The position numbers were made by a program, and so were the translations under genes. From a virus, in the IMG/VR virus record IMGVR_UViG_3300046532_001566, positions 52,086-116,085 of that record: DNA of 64,000 nucleotides; one strand, 5' to 3'. The notes below the pieces were generated by a model. The model was not told the origin of the DNA. It saw only the letters and a list, made by a program, of their open reading frames with translations, and did no database searches. This document shows, one piece after another, positions 1 to 9,236 of the stretch (within the stretch, counting starts at the first letter, position 1; each line of letters begins with the position of its first letter).

Positions 1-1211
1 ACTGGATTAAAATCCATTTCAAGTTTCTGCCCAACTGCACTACTACTCCTTGTTTTCATAAATTGTAATTGTACTCTGTTACGTTCTCGCATACTTGGTG
101 TACTGTAGATACCAAATACATTATCTGCTGTCTGGATTTTACTTAGGCCACCAGCAATCATGGAATGATCAAACTCAACACTTTCTACTGCACTTCTGTT
201 TAACTGTGAAGCAGTAGCAAATAGCAAATTCTCGGTAACTGCTAGATTCCTTAATTCTTCACTAACAATCTTATCTTTAATATACAAATCAGCAACACTA
301 ATTTTCTGTGTAGCCGGCATCATAAGATCTAGGTAATCTACAAGTATTGCATCTACATGTATTTTACGTTGTGTCTGAAATTCTCTAATCCATGCTAACA
401 AATCATTTGCAGTAACACTGTTTGGTAGTTGTACAATCTGCAAGCCTCCAGATTTTTTACCAATCATACGCACTTTTAAATCAATATCATCAATTTGTTT
501 ATATACGTCTCTAGTTGCAGTTCCAGTAAGCATTGCATCCATTCTCATAGAACACAACCCTTCACTAAGCTCTAAACTAAAGTAAACAGTATTAAGTCCT
601 GCTTTAGCCCAATTAAGTCCTAAATTTTGCAAGAACAAACTCTTACCTGCACCAGATGCTCCAGCAAAGATATTAAGTTCACCTTTATTAAATCCACCAT
701 ACAGTTTATCATCAACTGTTTTCCAACCAGTTGTTAACTGTCCGTTTGCATCTTTTAATCCATCAAGTCTTGCTTTAGGATTCTCAAAGTAATTAGTTCC
801 AAACGTTTTAGGAAGTCCTACTTGTACAGCCGCTTTAATTAATGATTCAACTTCTCCGTAATTACTTTTTTCTAGTAAATCAGCACTAGTTAAGATTGCT
901 CCTTCTAATGCTTTATGTCTAGAAAATCCTTCAAACTCTGATAAAAACCATTCTTTATGTTCTTCTGCTTTACCGCCAATTTCCTCAATCTCAATAGAAG
1001 TAACTGCTGATAATTGCTTTGCATCAGGTACGTTACTATGTTCAGTAATATAGTCTTTAATAAACTGAGCCGCTGGGCGGAGTCTGCGATCAAAATAATC
1101 AGCATTTAATACATTATTACATCTTGCCGCTAAATCATTATTACTAATTAAGAACTCTAAAAAGAGTTTCTGTAAATCATAACTATATTCTTTTACTTCA
1201 GTATCTGCCAT
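1..1211 (-). CDS. gp41: Replicative DnaB-like helicase (T4 gp41-like), 3' end outside window
   Basis: Translated by hand from ATG at 1211 (MADTEVKEYSYDLQKLFLEF...). Walker A ELNIFAGASGAGKSLF, plus FSLELSE, VDYLDLM and TASQLNRS motifs. Absent from the ORF track because it is truncated. Confidence 0.9.
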   Translation of the reverse strand, partial: MADTEVKEYSYDLQKLFLEFLISNNDLAARCNNVLNADYFDRRLRPAAQFIKDYITEHSNVPDAKQLSAVTSIEIEEIGGKAEEHKEWFLSEFEGFSRHKALEGAILTSADLLEKSNYGEVESLIKAAVQVGLPKTFGTNYFENPKARLDGLKDANGQLTTGWKTVDDKLYGGFNKGELNIFAGASGAGKSLFLQNLGLNWAKAGLNTVYFSLELSEGLCSMRMDAMLTGTATRDVYKQIDDIDLKVRMIGKKSGGLQIVQLPNSVTANDLLAWIREFQTQRKIHVDAILVDYLDLMMPATQKISVADLYIKDKIVSEELRNLAVTENLLFATASQLNRSAVESVEFDHSMIAGGLSKIQTADNVFGIYSTPSMRERNRVQLQFMKTRSSSAVGQKLEMDFNP

Positions 1212-1468
1212 TACTTATTGTCTCCCCATCGTAATTTTGCAAGCATTGCATCTTCGGGATTACGGAATCTAAAGATCATGTCGTCTAAGGATGATTGATA
1301 TGCCCAACGTTTTATTGGCTTAGCTTGCCAATTACTTACTTTGTATGAAGGTAACCCAAATTCTGTAGTCATCCATAAAATAACTTCTTCCCAAAATGCA
1401 TTGGTATCTTGTCCTGGTTTCCAATCTAACTTAAAACTATAATACGGTTTTACCTTATAACTAAACAC
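1211..1468 (-). CDS. Hypothetical protein (85 aa)
   Basis: Fills the gap between primase and helicase with short overlaps (TAATG at 1209-1213). Confidence 0.65.
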   Translation of the reverse strand: MFSYKVKPYYSFKLDWKPGQDTNAFWEEVILWMTTEFGLPSYKVSNWQAKPIKRWAYQSSLDDMIFRFRNPEDAMLAKLRWGDNK

Positions 1469-2417
1469 ACCATCTCCTCATTAATAATTTAACCTTCAAA
1501 GGCGAGTGTTCAATCGCCATTAATATACTTTGCAATGTTGCAACCCTCCCAAACTTTAAAATTGCATCATTAGCATCCTTTACACCCGAAGGCCATTCTG
1601 GAAAACTAACATTCCATCCTAAATTTATTGCATCTTCTATTAACACTTTACCAGCAACATCTCTATCTGCTAAAATAACCGGTTCTGTATCCAAGTCTTC
1701 AATCATCTGTGCTTGTGGAAGACTAATCCTATTACTTAAGATAGCAACGCCGCCTATTGCTAGTGCATCGTATTCTCCTTCACAAACTATTGTATACTTA
1801 CGTTTTGTTAATTGTTTATCTAAATTATAAACAAATTCGTTTGGAGATGTTCGTAGCATTTTAGCAGTACCTGATGGCGGATCATTAATCCATCGTCCCA
1901 TATAACCTACAATATTACTATTATCAGTATAAGGTAATATAATACGTTGCTTCATGCCTATTGCATTAGTTTGTTTCCAGTCTGCTAAGTTGTATAATCC
2001 TCTATTAGTAAGATACTCGATAGCCTCATCTCGTAAATCAGTTAATTCCCAAGGATATGTATATTCAGGCCATTCTTTATTAAATATTACTTTCTCTGGT
2101 TCAACTTCCTCAATAACTTGATCCCATAGTAATATTTTAAGACGCTGGATCTCTGCCTCATCAATGCCTAGTATTCGCATTAACTTTATTAATTTAAATC
2201 CTAATTTACTTCCGGGGCGCCATCCAGTTGTAAAGCCACAATTAAAACAATGATATGCTGTTTTATCATTATCAAATCTAATGCCACCTCGATGTTTAGT
2301 GTCAGGGCGACTTTCTCCATTATGTACACATACTGGACAGTTCATAGTAGACCAACCGCTACTATTATTCTTTAGTACAGGTAAGTTATTACGGAGTGTG
2401 GATTCAACAACATTCAT
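1461..2417 (-). CDS. gp61: DNA primase (T4 gp61-like)
   Basis: N-terminal Zn ribbon (CPVC...HCFNC), TOPRIM motifs VCEGEYDA and ADRD, and KDAND. Next to the helicase. Confidence 0.9.
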   Translation of the reverse strand: MNVVESTLRNNLPVLKNNSSGWSTMNCPVCVHNGESRPDTKHRGGIRFDNDKTAYHCFNCGFTTGWRPGSKLGFKLIKLMRILGIDEAEIQRLKILLWDQVIEEVEPEKVIFNKEWPEYTYPWELTDLRDEAIEYLTNRGLYNLADWKQTNAIGMKQRIILPYTDNSNIVGYMGRWINDPPSGTAKMLRTSPNEFVYNLDKQLTKRKYTIVCEGEYDALAIGGVAILSNRISLPQAQMIEDLDTEPVILADRDVAGKVLIEDAINLGWNVSFPEWPSGVKDANDAILKFGRVATLQSILMAIEHSPLKVKLLMRRWCV

Positions 2418-2423
2418 AGTGTT

Positions 2424-2452
2424 ATTATACTACAATAAACGTATGAAGTCAA
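2424..2452 (-). promoter_or_regulatory. Sigma70-like promoter of primase
   Basis: TTGACT-17nt-TATAAT on the minus strand. ATG lies only 6 nt past the -10 box. Confidence 0.7.
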
Positions 2453-2499
2453 TAAGAAATTATGCCATAATGTTAATAAATTAGACCGTTTTTTATATA

Positions 2500-3312
2500 T
2501 TATACTCTTATTAAAATTTTATCTAATGTGCCTGCGTTGGTAACATCAGTTGTAATTACAGTACGGAGCCATCTTACTCCTCCATAGTAATTGAATGGAT
2601 CAATACCTGTGTATCCTGCATATGTAATTAGTGCTGAAGTAGCGTCCTGGGGAACCAAATCCGCCCACATAGTATTTCCAGTAATATTTTCATCTAGTGT
2701 TCCTTGTACTTTAACAGTACCACTAAAATTACTTGCATAAACGGCAGTAGAAAATAAACTTGTATCTTTTCTATAATAACTTGGACCTTCTGTCGATGAA
2801 CTAGCAAATTCGTCTGTAACAGATTGTGTTAAATCTACTGGCCATTCTGTAATCTCAAAGGTAGAACGGGAGAATGGAATTATAGCCTCGCAAATTTCAA
2901 TATCCCAACCGGCTTTATATGCACGATCCCAGGTTAATGCTGTTTCAAGGCCTCTACCATCTACTACTGTGGCACTTAAAGTATAAATCCCAGGTGGTGA
3001 GGTCATTAGATCCCTTGCAAAAATTGTTAACCTTGCTTCACCATTTTCTGCGGTAGTAGGTATAGCACGCCTTTTAAAGATAGTTGTGCCTGTGTAACTA
3101 TCCCATAAAGTAAACATTATCTCTTTATGCAATAGACTAAACGGACGTCTATCATCACCAGATACTGTAAGATCTAGTAAATTATCTACGCCTTGGTACC
3201 AACGTATCTTACGATCTGTGTATCCTGCATGATGCCGTGTTAATGAGGAGCCTGTACCGGCGCCTGCATAGTTTAAATTAGCTTTCGCTACTGATGAATT
3301 GAGTGTTCCCAT
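2500..3312 (-). CDS. Hypothetical beta-rich protein, probably a late/virion protein
   Basis: 270-aa ORF directly preceded by TAAATA (3318-3323). Confidence 0.6.
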   Translation of the reverse strand: MGTLNSSVAKANLNYAGAGTGSSLTRHHAGYTDRKIRWYQGVDNLLDLTVSGDDRRPFSLLHKEIMFTLWDSYTGTTIFKRRAIPTTAENGEARLTIFARDLMTSPPGIYTLSATVVDGRGLETALTWDRAYKAGWDIEICEAIIPFSRSTFEITEWPVDLTQSVTDEFASSSTEGPSYYRKDTSLFSTAVYASNFSGTVKVQGTLDENITGNTMWADLVPQDATSALITYAGYTGIDPFNYYGGVRWLRTVITTDVTNAGTLDKILIRV

Positions 3313-3375
3313 AACTTTATTTATCAGTTATGACAAACAGACCACCGGTCCACTGACTAAATAGAATTACAAAAT

Positions 3376-3750
3376 ATGGACATTAAAATACAACAATTTT
3401 TAGAAGAATTCCCTTTTATGAGCCTTGTCAGATATGCTGATAAGGAAATCGTAGGAATAGTACAAAACAGTGATAATACCGTTGTCACTATGTACAAATA
3501 TGATTTATTAAAAACTCCTGGAGAGAAATTGGCTTTTATAGAAGCAGGTGAAGAATGGTGGTGGGGAAGTAATCGTTTACTACCAATTAACATTGTTTTA
3601 AAGGCTACTATGAAGACTTTCGGATATGCCCTACAAACATATGCTACAAAAGATTTTGAGATGCTTGCTGGTCACTTAACTAGCCTTGAAAACGTAATTG
3701 TTAAAAGGACTAAAAGGCGTCAAATCAGTCTTGTTAAGAAGATGGAATAA
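3376..3750 (+). CDS. Hypothetical protein (124 aa)
   Basis: Clean ORF divergent from 3312, with TAAATA at 3358-3363. Confidence 0.7.
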   Translation: MDIKIQQFLEEFPFMSLVRYADKEIVGIVQNSDNTVVTMYKYDLLKTPGEKLAFIEAGEEWWWGSNRLLPINIVLKATMKTFGYALQTYATKDFEMLAGHLTSLENVIVKRTKRRQISLVKKME

Positions 3751-4315
3751 GCTCTTCGCACAATAAATTCATTTGTGCTACAATCATAATTGCATATGCC
3801 GTTGCATGGGATTTCTTAAAGAAATATTCATCGGTTGTAGGTTTTACCCACACTTCCTTCATAATCTGAGTCCACTCTTTATTAACTAGGTACCTTTTTG
3901 CAGGTCTAATCATTCCTAGTACTGCCGCAAGTTGTTCAATGTTAGATGGTTTAGTTTTACGGAGTATCTCTCCGTGTCCGTTAACATGTAATAACTTGCT
4001 AGAAAATTCATCATGAGTTAACAGATCCCATATTGGTTCCTTAGCAATTAACCTATCTAATTGCTCTTTGTTTTTGATCTTAGAATAAAAACTAACGTTT
4101 AATAAATCTAATTTAAAAAATCCAAGTTCCTCTGCTTCTTTATGATCTAAACTGCACCATCCAGTGTACGGATTAATAGGTACTGGGTGAAAATAAACTC
4201 CTGTCTTATGTTTAGTAGCGCCATGCCCAGTTGTAATCATTGCTGGTACTCCGTTAAGTACATGCAATAACTCTTCCCTATTTCCAAAGTCAATATCTAC
4301 ATCAGGTCTACTCAT
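3734..4315 (-). CDS. dnaE: Stand-alone minimal DNA polymerase III alpha (DnaE) catalytic-core protein
   Basis: DnaE motifs in the expected order: RPDVDIDF (PDxDxD), KHKTGVY, GFFKLDLL, LAAVLGMIRP, YFFKKSHATAYA. No PHP or OB domains. Confidence 0.85.
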   Translation of the reverse strand: MSRPDVDIDFGNREELLHVLNGVPAMITTGHGATKHKTGVYFHPVPINPYTGWCSLDHKEAEELGFFKLDLLNVSFYSKIKNKEQLDRLIAKEPIWDLLTHDEFSSKLLHVNGHGEILRKTKPSNIEQLAAVLGMIRPAKRYLVNKEWTQIMKEVWVKPTTDEYFFKKSHATAYAIMIVAQMNLLCEELIPSS

Positions 4316-4521
4316 CGTAGACCTTGTTTAACAATATTAATCAATTCTTCTTGTTTACTTTTCATGTCTTGAATCTCTTTATAAAGTTGGATTAACTTTT
4401 CATCAAATAATATAATACGTTTTTCTAATGTTTCAAGGTTTGCTACATGGGTCTGAAGCTTAGTATCTTGTTGCACCAACTCACTTCGGTTGGGCTTTTT
4501 GCTATTTTTCTTGTCCACCAT
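4312..4521 (-). CDS. Small coiled-coil protein
   Basis: Heptad-like Leu/Glu/Lys pattern. ATGA-type junction with the dnaE-like gene, but a 79-nt overlap with the upstream ORF, so the start is uncertain. Confidence 0.5.
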   Translation of the reverse strand: MVDKKNSKKPNRSELVQQDTKLQTHVANLETLEKRIILFDEKLIQLYKEIQDMKSKQEELINIVKQGLR

Positions 4522-5132
4522 TCTGTGTCTATGCTCCTTGCTATAACATCTAATTGCCCTGGTTCCATTCTATCAAGTAAGGCTTGCGCCACATCTGATG
4601 AATAAAGTATCCAAGGACTTATTCTTCCCATGACTATCGAATTCATGGCTGTTGCTGTTGGTACTTCTTGAAAATAGTTCTCCCAAAATCTATCAGTGTC
4701 TTCTTCGCTCCATGCTTTCATTAATAACACTATGCGTTCTACTGCACGTTCTATTGTTTCAGTTTTACTGCTTTCCTGAATATAAAGAGAATATGTTCCT
4801 TTCTTTGTCCAGTTACTTAGTTTAACACTATGTTTAAATAGCCATTTAATAAACTTTTGTGTTTCTGTCGGTCTGAGCTCAATTATATAATTAGAAAATT
4901 TAATAAATCCAATATAGTCAAGACTACGAATAAAATCCTCAGTAGTTCTTTCTTTTTTAGTCTGAGGACTCACATACTTCATAAAATCATACCATACTTG
5001 AAATGCAATCCTAGAAGCTGGTTCATCTATACACATCCATCTGCGTTTCTTTTCACACATATGGCTAGATAAAGTGCGTTCTCTTGCAAACTTTTTCAAG
5101 CAATACTTACATTGGTAAGATTCTACTACCAT
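4443..5132 (-). CDS. Hypothetical protein with N-terminal Zn finger
   Basis: YQCKYC...LSSHMC pattern. Lies in the replication operon. Confidence 0.7.
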   Translation of the reverse strand: MVVESYQCKYCLKKFARERTLSSHMCEKKRRWMCIDEPASRIAFQVWYDFMKYVSPQTKKERTTEDFIRSLDYIGFIKFSNYIIELRPTETQKFIKWLFKHSVKLSNWTKKGTYSLYIQESSKTETIERAVERIVLLMKAWSEEDTDRFWENYFQEVPTATAMNSIVMGRISPWILYSSDVAQALLDRMEPGQLDVIARSIDTEWWTRKIAKSPTEVSWCNKILSFRPM

Positions 5133-5617
5133 TATTTAAACAAATCCTTCAATTTTTTATCTGGTGTGTTTTTAACCGTTGCAATGTCCTTAAGAACGTC
5201 TGATCCGTTGATTTCTCTGAATAATTCTATCTCTTCTTCATTACAATTAGGTAATAGCTCAATTAACCATTCTCTAAGTTTATCTTTCTTTGCACCTTTA
5301 GGAGGGACAAATTCATGCCTCATTTTCTTGCCTAAACCAACTAATGCTAAAACTCTATAACGTAATTCCTCATGGGCACTAGTAGTAGCAATATAATCAA
5401 CATTACTTAGATCATTAACCATTAACAAATAATGTTCTTGTATCTCTGCTTGACCTTGTACTTGGCTTGCCCACCGTTGTGCCATATAAGTGCTAACCGA
5501 CTTCTTACTCTCGTCATCTAACTTAGTGTAATAGTCTCCGTTGCGGTAATCAATAGCATTCATAACTTCATGAATATTAACTTTGTGTACTGCGGTAGCT
5601 TTTTTCTTTGCAGGCAT
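5132..5617 (-). CDS. Possible clamp-loader small subunit (T4 gp62-like)
   Basis: YMAQRWAS...LMVNDLSN...LRYRVL...GKKMRHEFV resembles the gp62 pattern. Start moved to MPAKKK (ATG 5617). Confidence 0.4.
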   Translation of the reverse strand: MPAKKKATAVHKVNIHEVMNAIDYRNGDYYTKLDDESKKSVSTYMAQRWASQVQGQAEIQEHYLLMVNDLSNVDYIATTSAHEELRYRVLALVGLGKKMRHEFVPPKGAKKDKLREWLIELLPNCNEEEIELFREINGSDVLKDIATVKNTPDKKLKDLFK

Positions 5618-5622
5618 ATTAT

Positions 5623-6129
5623 TTAAAACCAAATTTTATTAAGATCAAGTACCTCAGGAACCTTTGATGATTCTTTAAGGAAGAAACTACAAGGTGCACT
5701 CTCACCTGCCGTAAGAGGAACTGTTAATATATGCCCAAACTTTAATTTAGGAACATACCATTTTACTTCCTGATACACATTTACAATTTCTACCGGAACC
5801 CAGTTAGCCTTATATCCGTTTACAGGATTAAATTCAAATGCACTAAATCCTCTGTCATTTAAACTCATAATGCTTACTACTTCTGGTTCACCGTGATCTG
5901 CTTCGCCAATTACTAAGCTCCAATCCAAGGGCATTTTAATTTCATGTTCGCCTATACGCAATACTGCGGCAGGGCAAGAGAAACTTTCTAAAAATACAAG
6001 TGGAATAAAAAGATAATCTACGTCTTGAGGGGTGCTATAGTCTAACACACTATATCGTAAATCATTATCTACCTCTGTGGGCAACCTGTCTAAATCATAT
6101 GAGTTATTGTCTACTGTTAAAATGTTCAT
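5623..6129 (-). CDS. Hypothetical beta-rich protein, possibly a degenerate Hint-like fold
   Basis: 168-aa ORF coupled to uvsW (TAATG). See findings. Confidence 0.6.
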   Translation of the reverse strand: MNILTVDNNSYDLDRLPTEVDNDLRYSVLDYSTPQDVDYLFIPLVFLESFSCPAAVLRIGEHEIKMPLDWSLVIGEADHGEPEVVSIMSLNDRGFSAFEFNPVNGYKANWVPVEIVNVYQEVKWYVPKLKFGHILTVPLTAGESAPCSFFLKESSKVPEVLDLNKIWF

Positions 6130-7583
6130 TAATATTTTACCTTATGTGTTTCGTATGGATAATTTGCTTCGTTATAAAATTTCTTTCGCTTTGCAAGATG
6201 TCTTTTAGAGAATTTTGCATTACTTGTAATATCCCATATCTGAACAAAGTCTTTGTCGTCTGCTTTTCTAATTCCTCTACCAATGCTCTGTATTGTTCTT
6301 ACAAAACTCTTACCTGGTTCAACTAGCACCAAGTTAAAGATACGAGGAATATTAATCCCTACACTAGCAACTCCATATGTTGCTACAATAATCTTATTGT
6401 TTAGTGTTTGAATTTCATTATATTCTGCTTTACGGTCTTTACTTTTCATAGAACCAGATACAAAAACACAATCTTCTAGTATCTCTTCTAGCATCTGGCC
6501 TGTTTTAATTCTATCAACTAATATAAGTGTGTTTCCTCCTTCACTTATTGATTCAAATTTCCTTGCTAGTTCGTCTATACGTTCTTTATTTGTAGTAAGG
6601 AAAGATAATTCTTCTTGGTAACTGTTATAGTCAACACTATCTTGGTATTGTAGTACTTTAACATGACAATTAGACAATACACCCTTGTCTTGTAGCTCAC
6701 TCGCTTGTAGCCTGTGTAATACCTCGCCTAAACTGCATATTAGACTGATATATTCGTGTTCTTCTTTTGGTATTGTTCCTGTTAGACCCCAACGTATTGG
6801 AATATGTGCAAAAGGTCCTGTGAGCATTGTTCTAAGAACATCAGCTTTGGCCATATGCACTTCATCTACCATAACTGCTATTAAGTTATCTGTAATAATG
6901 TCAATACTAACATTACTCTTACCATCTTTATATCGTTTGATTAACGAATTTAAGCTCTGCCACGTTGCAATAGTATGCTGGTGTCCTGCGTCCTTTTCGT
7001 CTCCAAAAAATACACCTACATCTAATCCTAAATTGACATAATCTTCTTGTGTTTGTTTAACTAGATCCTTATTAGGTACAATAACTAATGTCCGACCATA
7101 TGGCTCGCACATTAGACTCATTGCGGCTGTCATTAATGTCTTGCCGGCACCAGTTGCAATCTCTTGTACACCATGAGGGTTAGCAAGGAACCTGTTAATA
7201 CATTCTACCTGGTAGTCCCTTAATACAATAGACTTGCCTTCTGCTACATGTCCTTTTGGCCAAACTATATGCGAAAATGTATCTTCGGTAACTTGAACAA
7301 ACTCAAAATTATGATTAACACGGTTGTCAACAAGTTCAACACTCCATCCTTCATCATCTAATATAGGTAATACTCGATCTAGCAAATTTAAATAAGTTGC
7401 ACCAGCGGCTGTAAAGAATCCAATCTTACCATCCCATCTACCTAGCCGATAAGCCGGTACATGATATGCATAAGGAAGCATATACTTTAACTTGTTTTCG
7501 CAAGTTCGTCGAGTACTAGGTGAAAGATCGTGAAATCTAACATTAACTTCGTCTCGTATTTCTAATTTACATATGCCTGCCAT
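6129..7583 (-). CDS. uvsW: UvsW-like SF2 DNA helicase
   Basis: LRDYQ, ATGAGKT, DEVH, GLTGT and QSIGRGIR motifs. Start reassigned to MAGICKL (7583) because the longer ORF runs through a terminator and a promoter. Confidence 0.92.
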   Translation of the reverse strand: MAGICKLEIRDEVNVRFHDLSPSTRRTCENKLKYMLPYAYHVPAYRLGRWDGKIGFFTAAGATYLNLLDRVLPILDDEGWSVELVDNRVNHNFEFVQVTEDTFSHIVWPKGHVAEGKSIVLRDYQVECINRFLANPHGVQEIATGAGKTLMTAAMSLMCEPYGRTLVIVPNKDLVKQTQEDYVNLGLDVGVFFGDEKDAGHQHTIATWQSLNSLIKRYKDGKSNVSIDIITDNLIAVMVDEVHMAKADVLRTMLTGPFAHIPIRWGLTGTIPKEEHEYISLICSLGEVLHRLQASELQDKGVLSNCHVKVLQYQDSVDYNSYQEELSFLTTNKERIDELARKFESISEGGNTLILVDRIKTGQMLEEILEDCVFVSGSMKSKDRKAEYNEIQTLNNKIIVATYGVASVGINIPRIFNLVLVEPGKSFVRTIQSIGRGIRKADDKDFVQIWDITSNAKFSKRHLAKRKKFYNEANYPYETHKVKY

Positions 7584-7589
7584 AGTATT

Positions 7590-7618
7590 ATTATACATCC
7601 TTATCAAGTGAAAGTAAA
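7590..7618 (-). promoter_or_regulatory. Sigma70-like promoter of uvsW
   Basis: TTTACT-17nt-TATAAT, with ATG 6 nt past the -10 box. Confidence 0.55.
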
Positions 7619-7632
7619 GCTTCTTGATAGCC

Positions 7633-7664
7633 GAAAGAAAAGGTACCCTCCCGAAGGAGGGTAC
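7633..7664 (-). terminator. Rho-independent terminator with UUCG loop
   Basis: GTACCCTCC-TTCG-GGAGGGTAC followed by CTTTTCTTT on the minus strand. Confidence 0.85.
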
Positions 7665-7666
7665 TA

Positions 7667-7700
7667 AATAGGTGCCACCACGCAAATGTCAACACCTATT
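7667..7700 (-). promoter_or_regulatory. Hairpin whose loop is antisense to the translation start of the ATPase gene (9192-9218)
   Basis: AATAGGTGTT-GACATTTGCGTGGT-GGCACCTATT. GTTGACATTT and GCGTGGT are complementary to AAATGTCAGC and ACCACGC, which flank the ATPase SD. Confidence 0.6.
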
Positions 7701-7705
7701 AAACT

Positions 7706-8143
7706 CTAATTACATGCCTTAACCGCAAGTGCCAATGTAGCAAGATTTAAATCTTGGAACATGGTCTTACCTTTAATGGTCTGACCTACGATTCTCATAC
7801 GGTTCTTACCAACATAGCTGGTAGCCGGAATCATAATAAAGCCTGTGTCTCGTTCTAAACGAGAAGCATCTACCTTAGGTAATGCTGGTTCCGAATCCAA
7901 TCGAATTTGGTAATTCACAATACCGTTCTGCTTAAAATTAACATAAACTGTGTCTGCATTCGCAGTAACATTTCTTTGCTTAGTTGAGGTAACTTTGCAA
8001 TATGAATTGTCAGACATTGCATTAACTGATACAACCGTCTTCCACATCTTACCTTTATACGTTGTCTTACTGTCCTCTGCCGCAAGAGCACTAGTACTTA
8101 CTAGTGCCAATGTTGCTGTCATTAAAAATAATTTCTTAAACAT
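7706..8143 (-). CDS. Exported protein with Sec signal peptide
   Basis: MFKKLFLMTATLALVSTSALA is a typical signal peptide. AGGAGG SD upstream. Confidence 0.75.
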   Translation of the reverse strand: MFKKLFLMTATLALVSTSALAAEDSKTTYKGKMWKTVVSVNAMSDNSYCKVTSTKQRNVTANADTVYVNFKQNGIVNYQIRLDSEPALPKVDASRLERDTGFIMIPATSYVGKNRMRIVGQTIKGKTMFQDLNLATLALAVKACN

Positions 8144-8158
8144 TATTAAATGCCTCCT

Positions 8159-9199
8159 TTAAAAGCTTCGTTTCATTACTGTAGTTTCTGCAAGACGTTT
8201 CCATTTACCATCCACACCAGTCATCTTGCAAAGATCCGCAACCTTAATCACTGTACGAAGTGAAAGCTCACGAAGTCTGTCCTGGTTAGTTTCTACGTAA
8301 TCGTATATCATCTTATTTTCAGCTTCACTAAAGTTATAAGAGTTTAACATACCATCTCGCATAATTTGTTTGATACGAAGCATCTTGTCGTATGCTGAAT
8401 CAAGTGTAAGATCCAAATAGTGACAACGTGACTCAAGAGCACTAAGATGATCTTTAAGTTTTGCACTTCGTACATGCTCAAATTTAATGTTAGTAATAAA
8501 AATTGCACTACCTTTAAATTCAAAACGATCCGGAACACCTTCCCTACGCAACATTGAGGAATCTGTGTTCCAGCAAATAATACGTTTCTTAGAACTATCT
8601 AATGCCGCTTTAAGAATATTCAAGGACAAATCATCCATTAACACACTATCGCAATCATCAAATACTAATACGTTTCCGGCATCTGCATACTGAAACAATT
8701 TGCAGTACAAACCAATTGGACTCATTGCACCCTTAACAACTTCAAAACGAGGAGTCATATTAGCAATTTTATCAAACATGGCCGCTTTTTCAAGTGTTCG
8801 TTCTACACCAAACGATTTACCAACACCTGGAGGTCCTACAACAATCATTGCACGAACTGTACCTTCAATTGCCGCTTCTGTCATGTCCTCAAGGATTTCA
8901 AAACGTTCTGCAATCTCTTCCAAACGTGTTGCATCATATTCTGCATCGTGCTTTTCTGCTGACGGAAGATTACTATCTACTTCAGGAGTAAATGCTTCAC
9001 TTGCATTAGCCGGAACAATGTCTTCCATGCTTGCTACTTTAACACGAATCTGTTTGTCTGCAAAATCTCCAAATGAGTCATCTGCAACAACGGTTACATA
9101 ACCGCCTTTTTCATTGTAGTCTGCTACTAATTGCAGTACTTTATTATGTACTGTAAAAGTGCGGTATTTTCCGTTTGTAATTTTTATAAAAGCTGACAT
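8159..9199 (-). CDS. AAA+/P-loop ATPase with N-terminal beta domain
   Basis: Walker A GPPGVGKS, Walker B VLVFDDCD, sensor FITN, Arg finger ALESRC. Confidence 0.85.
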   Translation of the reverse strand: MSAFIKITNGKYRTFTVHNKVLQLVADYNEKGGYVTVVADDSFGDFADKQIRVKVASMEDIVPANASEAFTPEVDSNLPSAEKHDAEYDATRLEEIAERFEILEDMTEAAIEGTVRAMIVVGPPGVGKSFGVERTLEKAAMFDKIANMTPRFEVVKGAMSPIGLYCKLFQYADAGNVLVFDDCDSVLMDDLSLNILKAALDSSKKRIICWNTDSSMLRREGVPDRFEFKGSAIFITNIKFEHVRSAKLKDHLSALESRCHYLDLTLDSAYDKMLRIKQIMRDGMLNSYNFSEAENKMIYDYVETNQDRLRELSLRTVIKVADLCKMTGVDGKWKRLAETTVMKRSF

Positions 9200-9236
9200 T
9201 TAATTTCCTTTGCGTGGTTAAACTCTCATTATATAT

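Noticed and set aside
7584-7685. N-terminal extension of UvsW given in the ORF track
   Set aside because: It runs through a terminator hairpin and a promoter. ATG 7583 is the better start.
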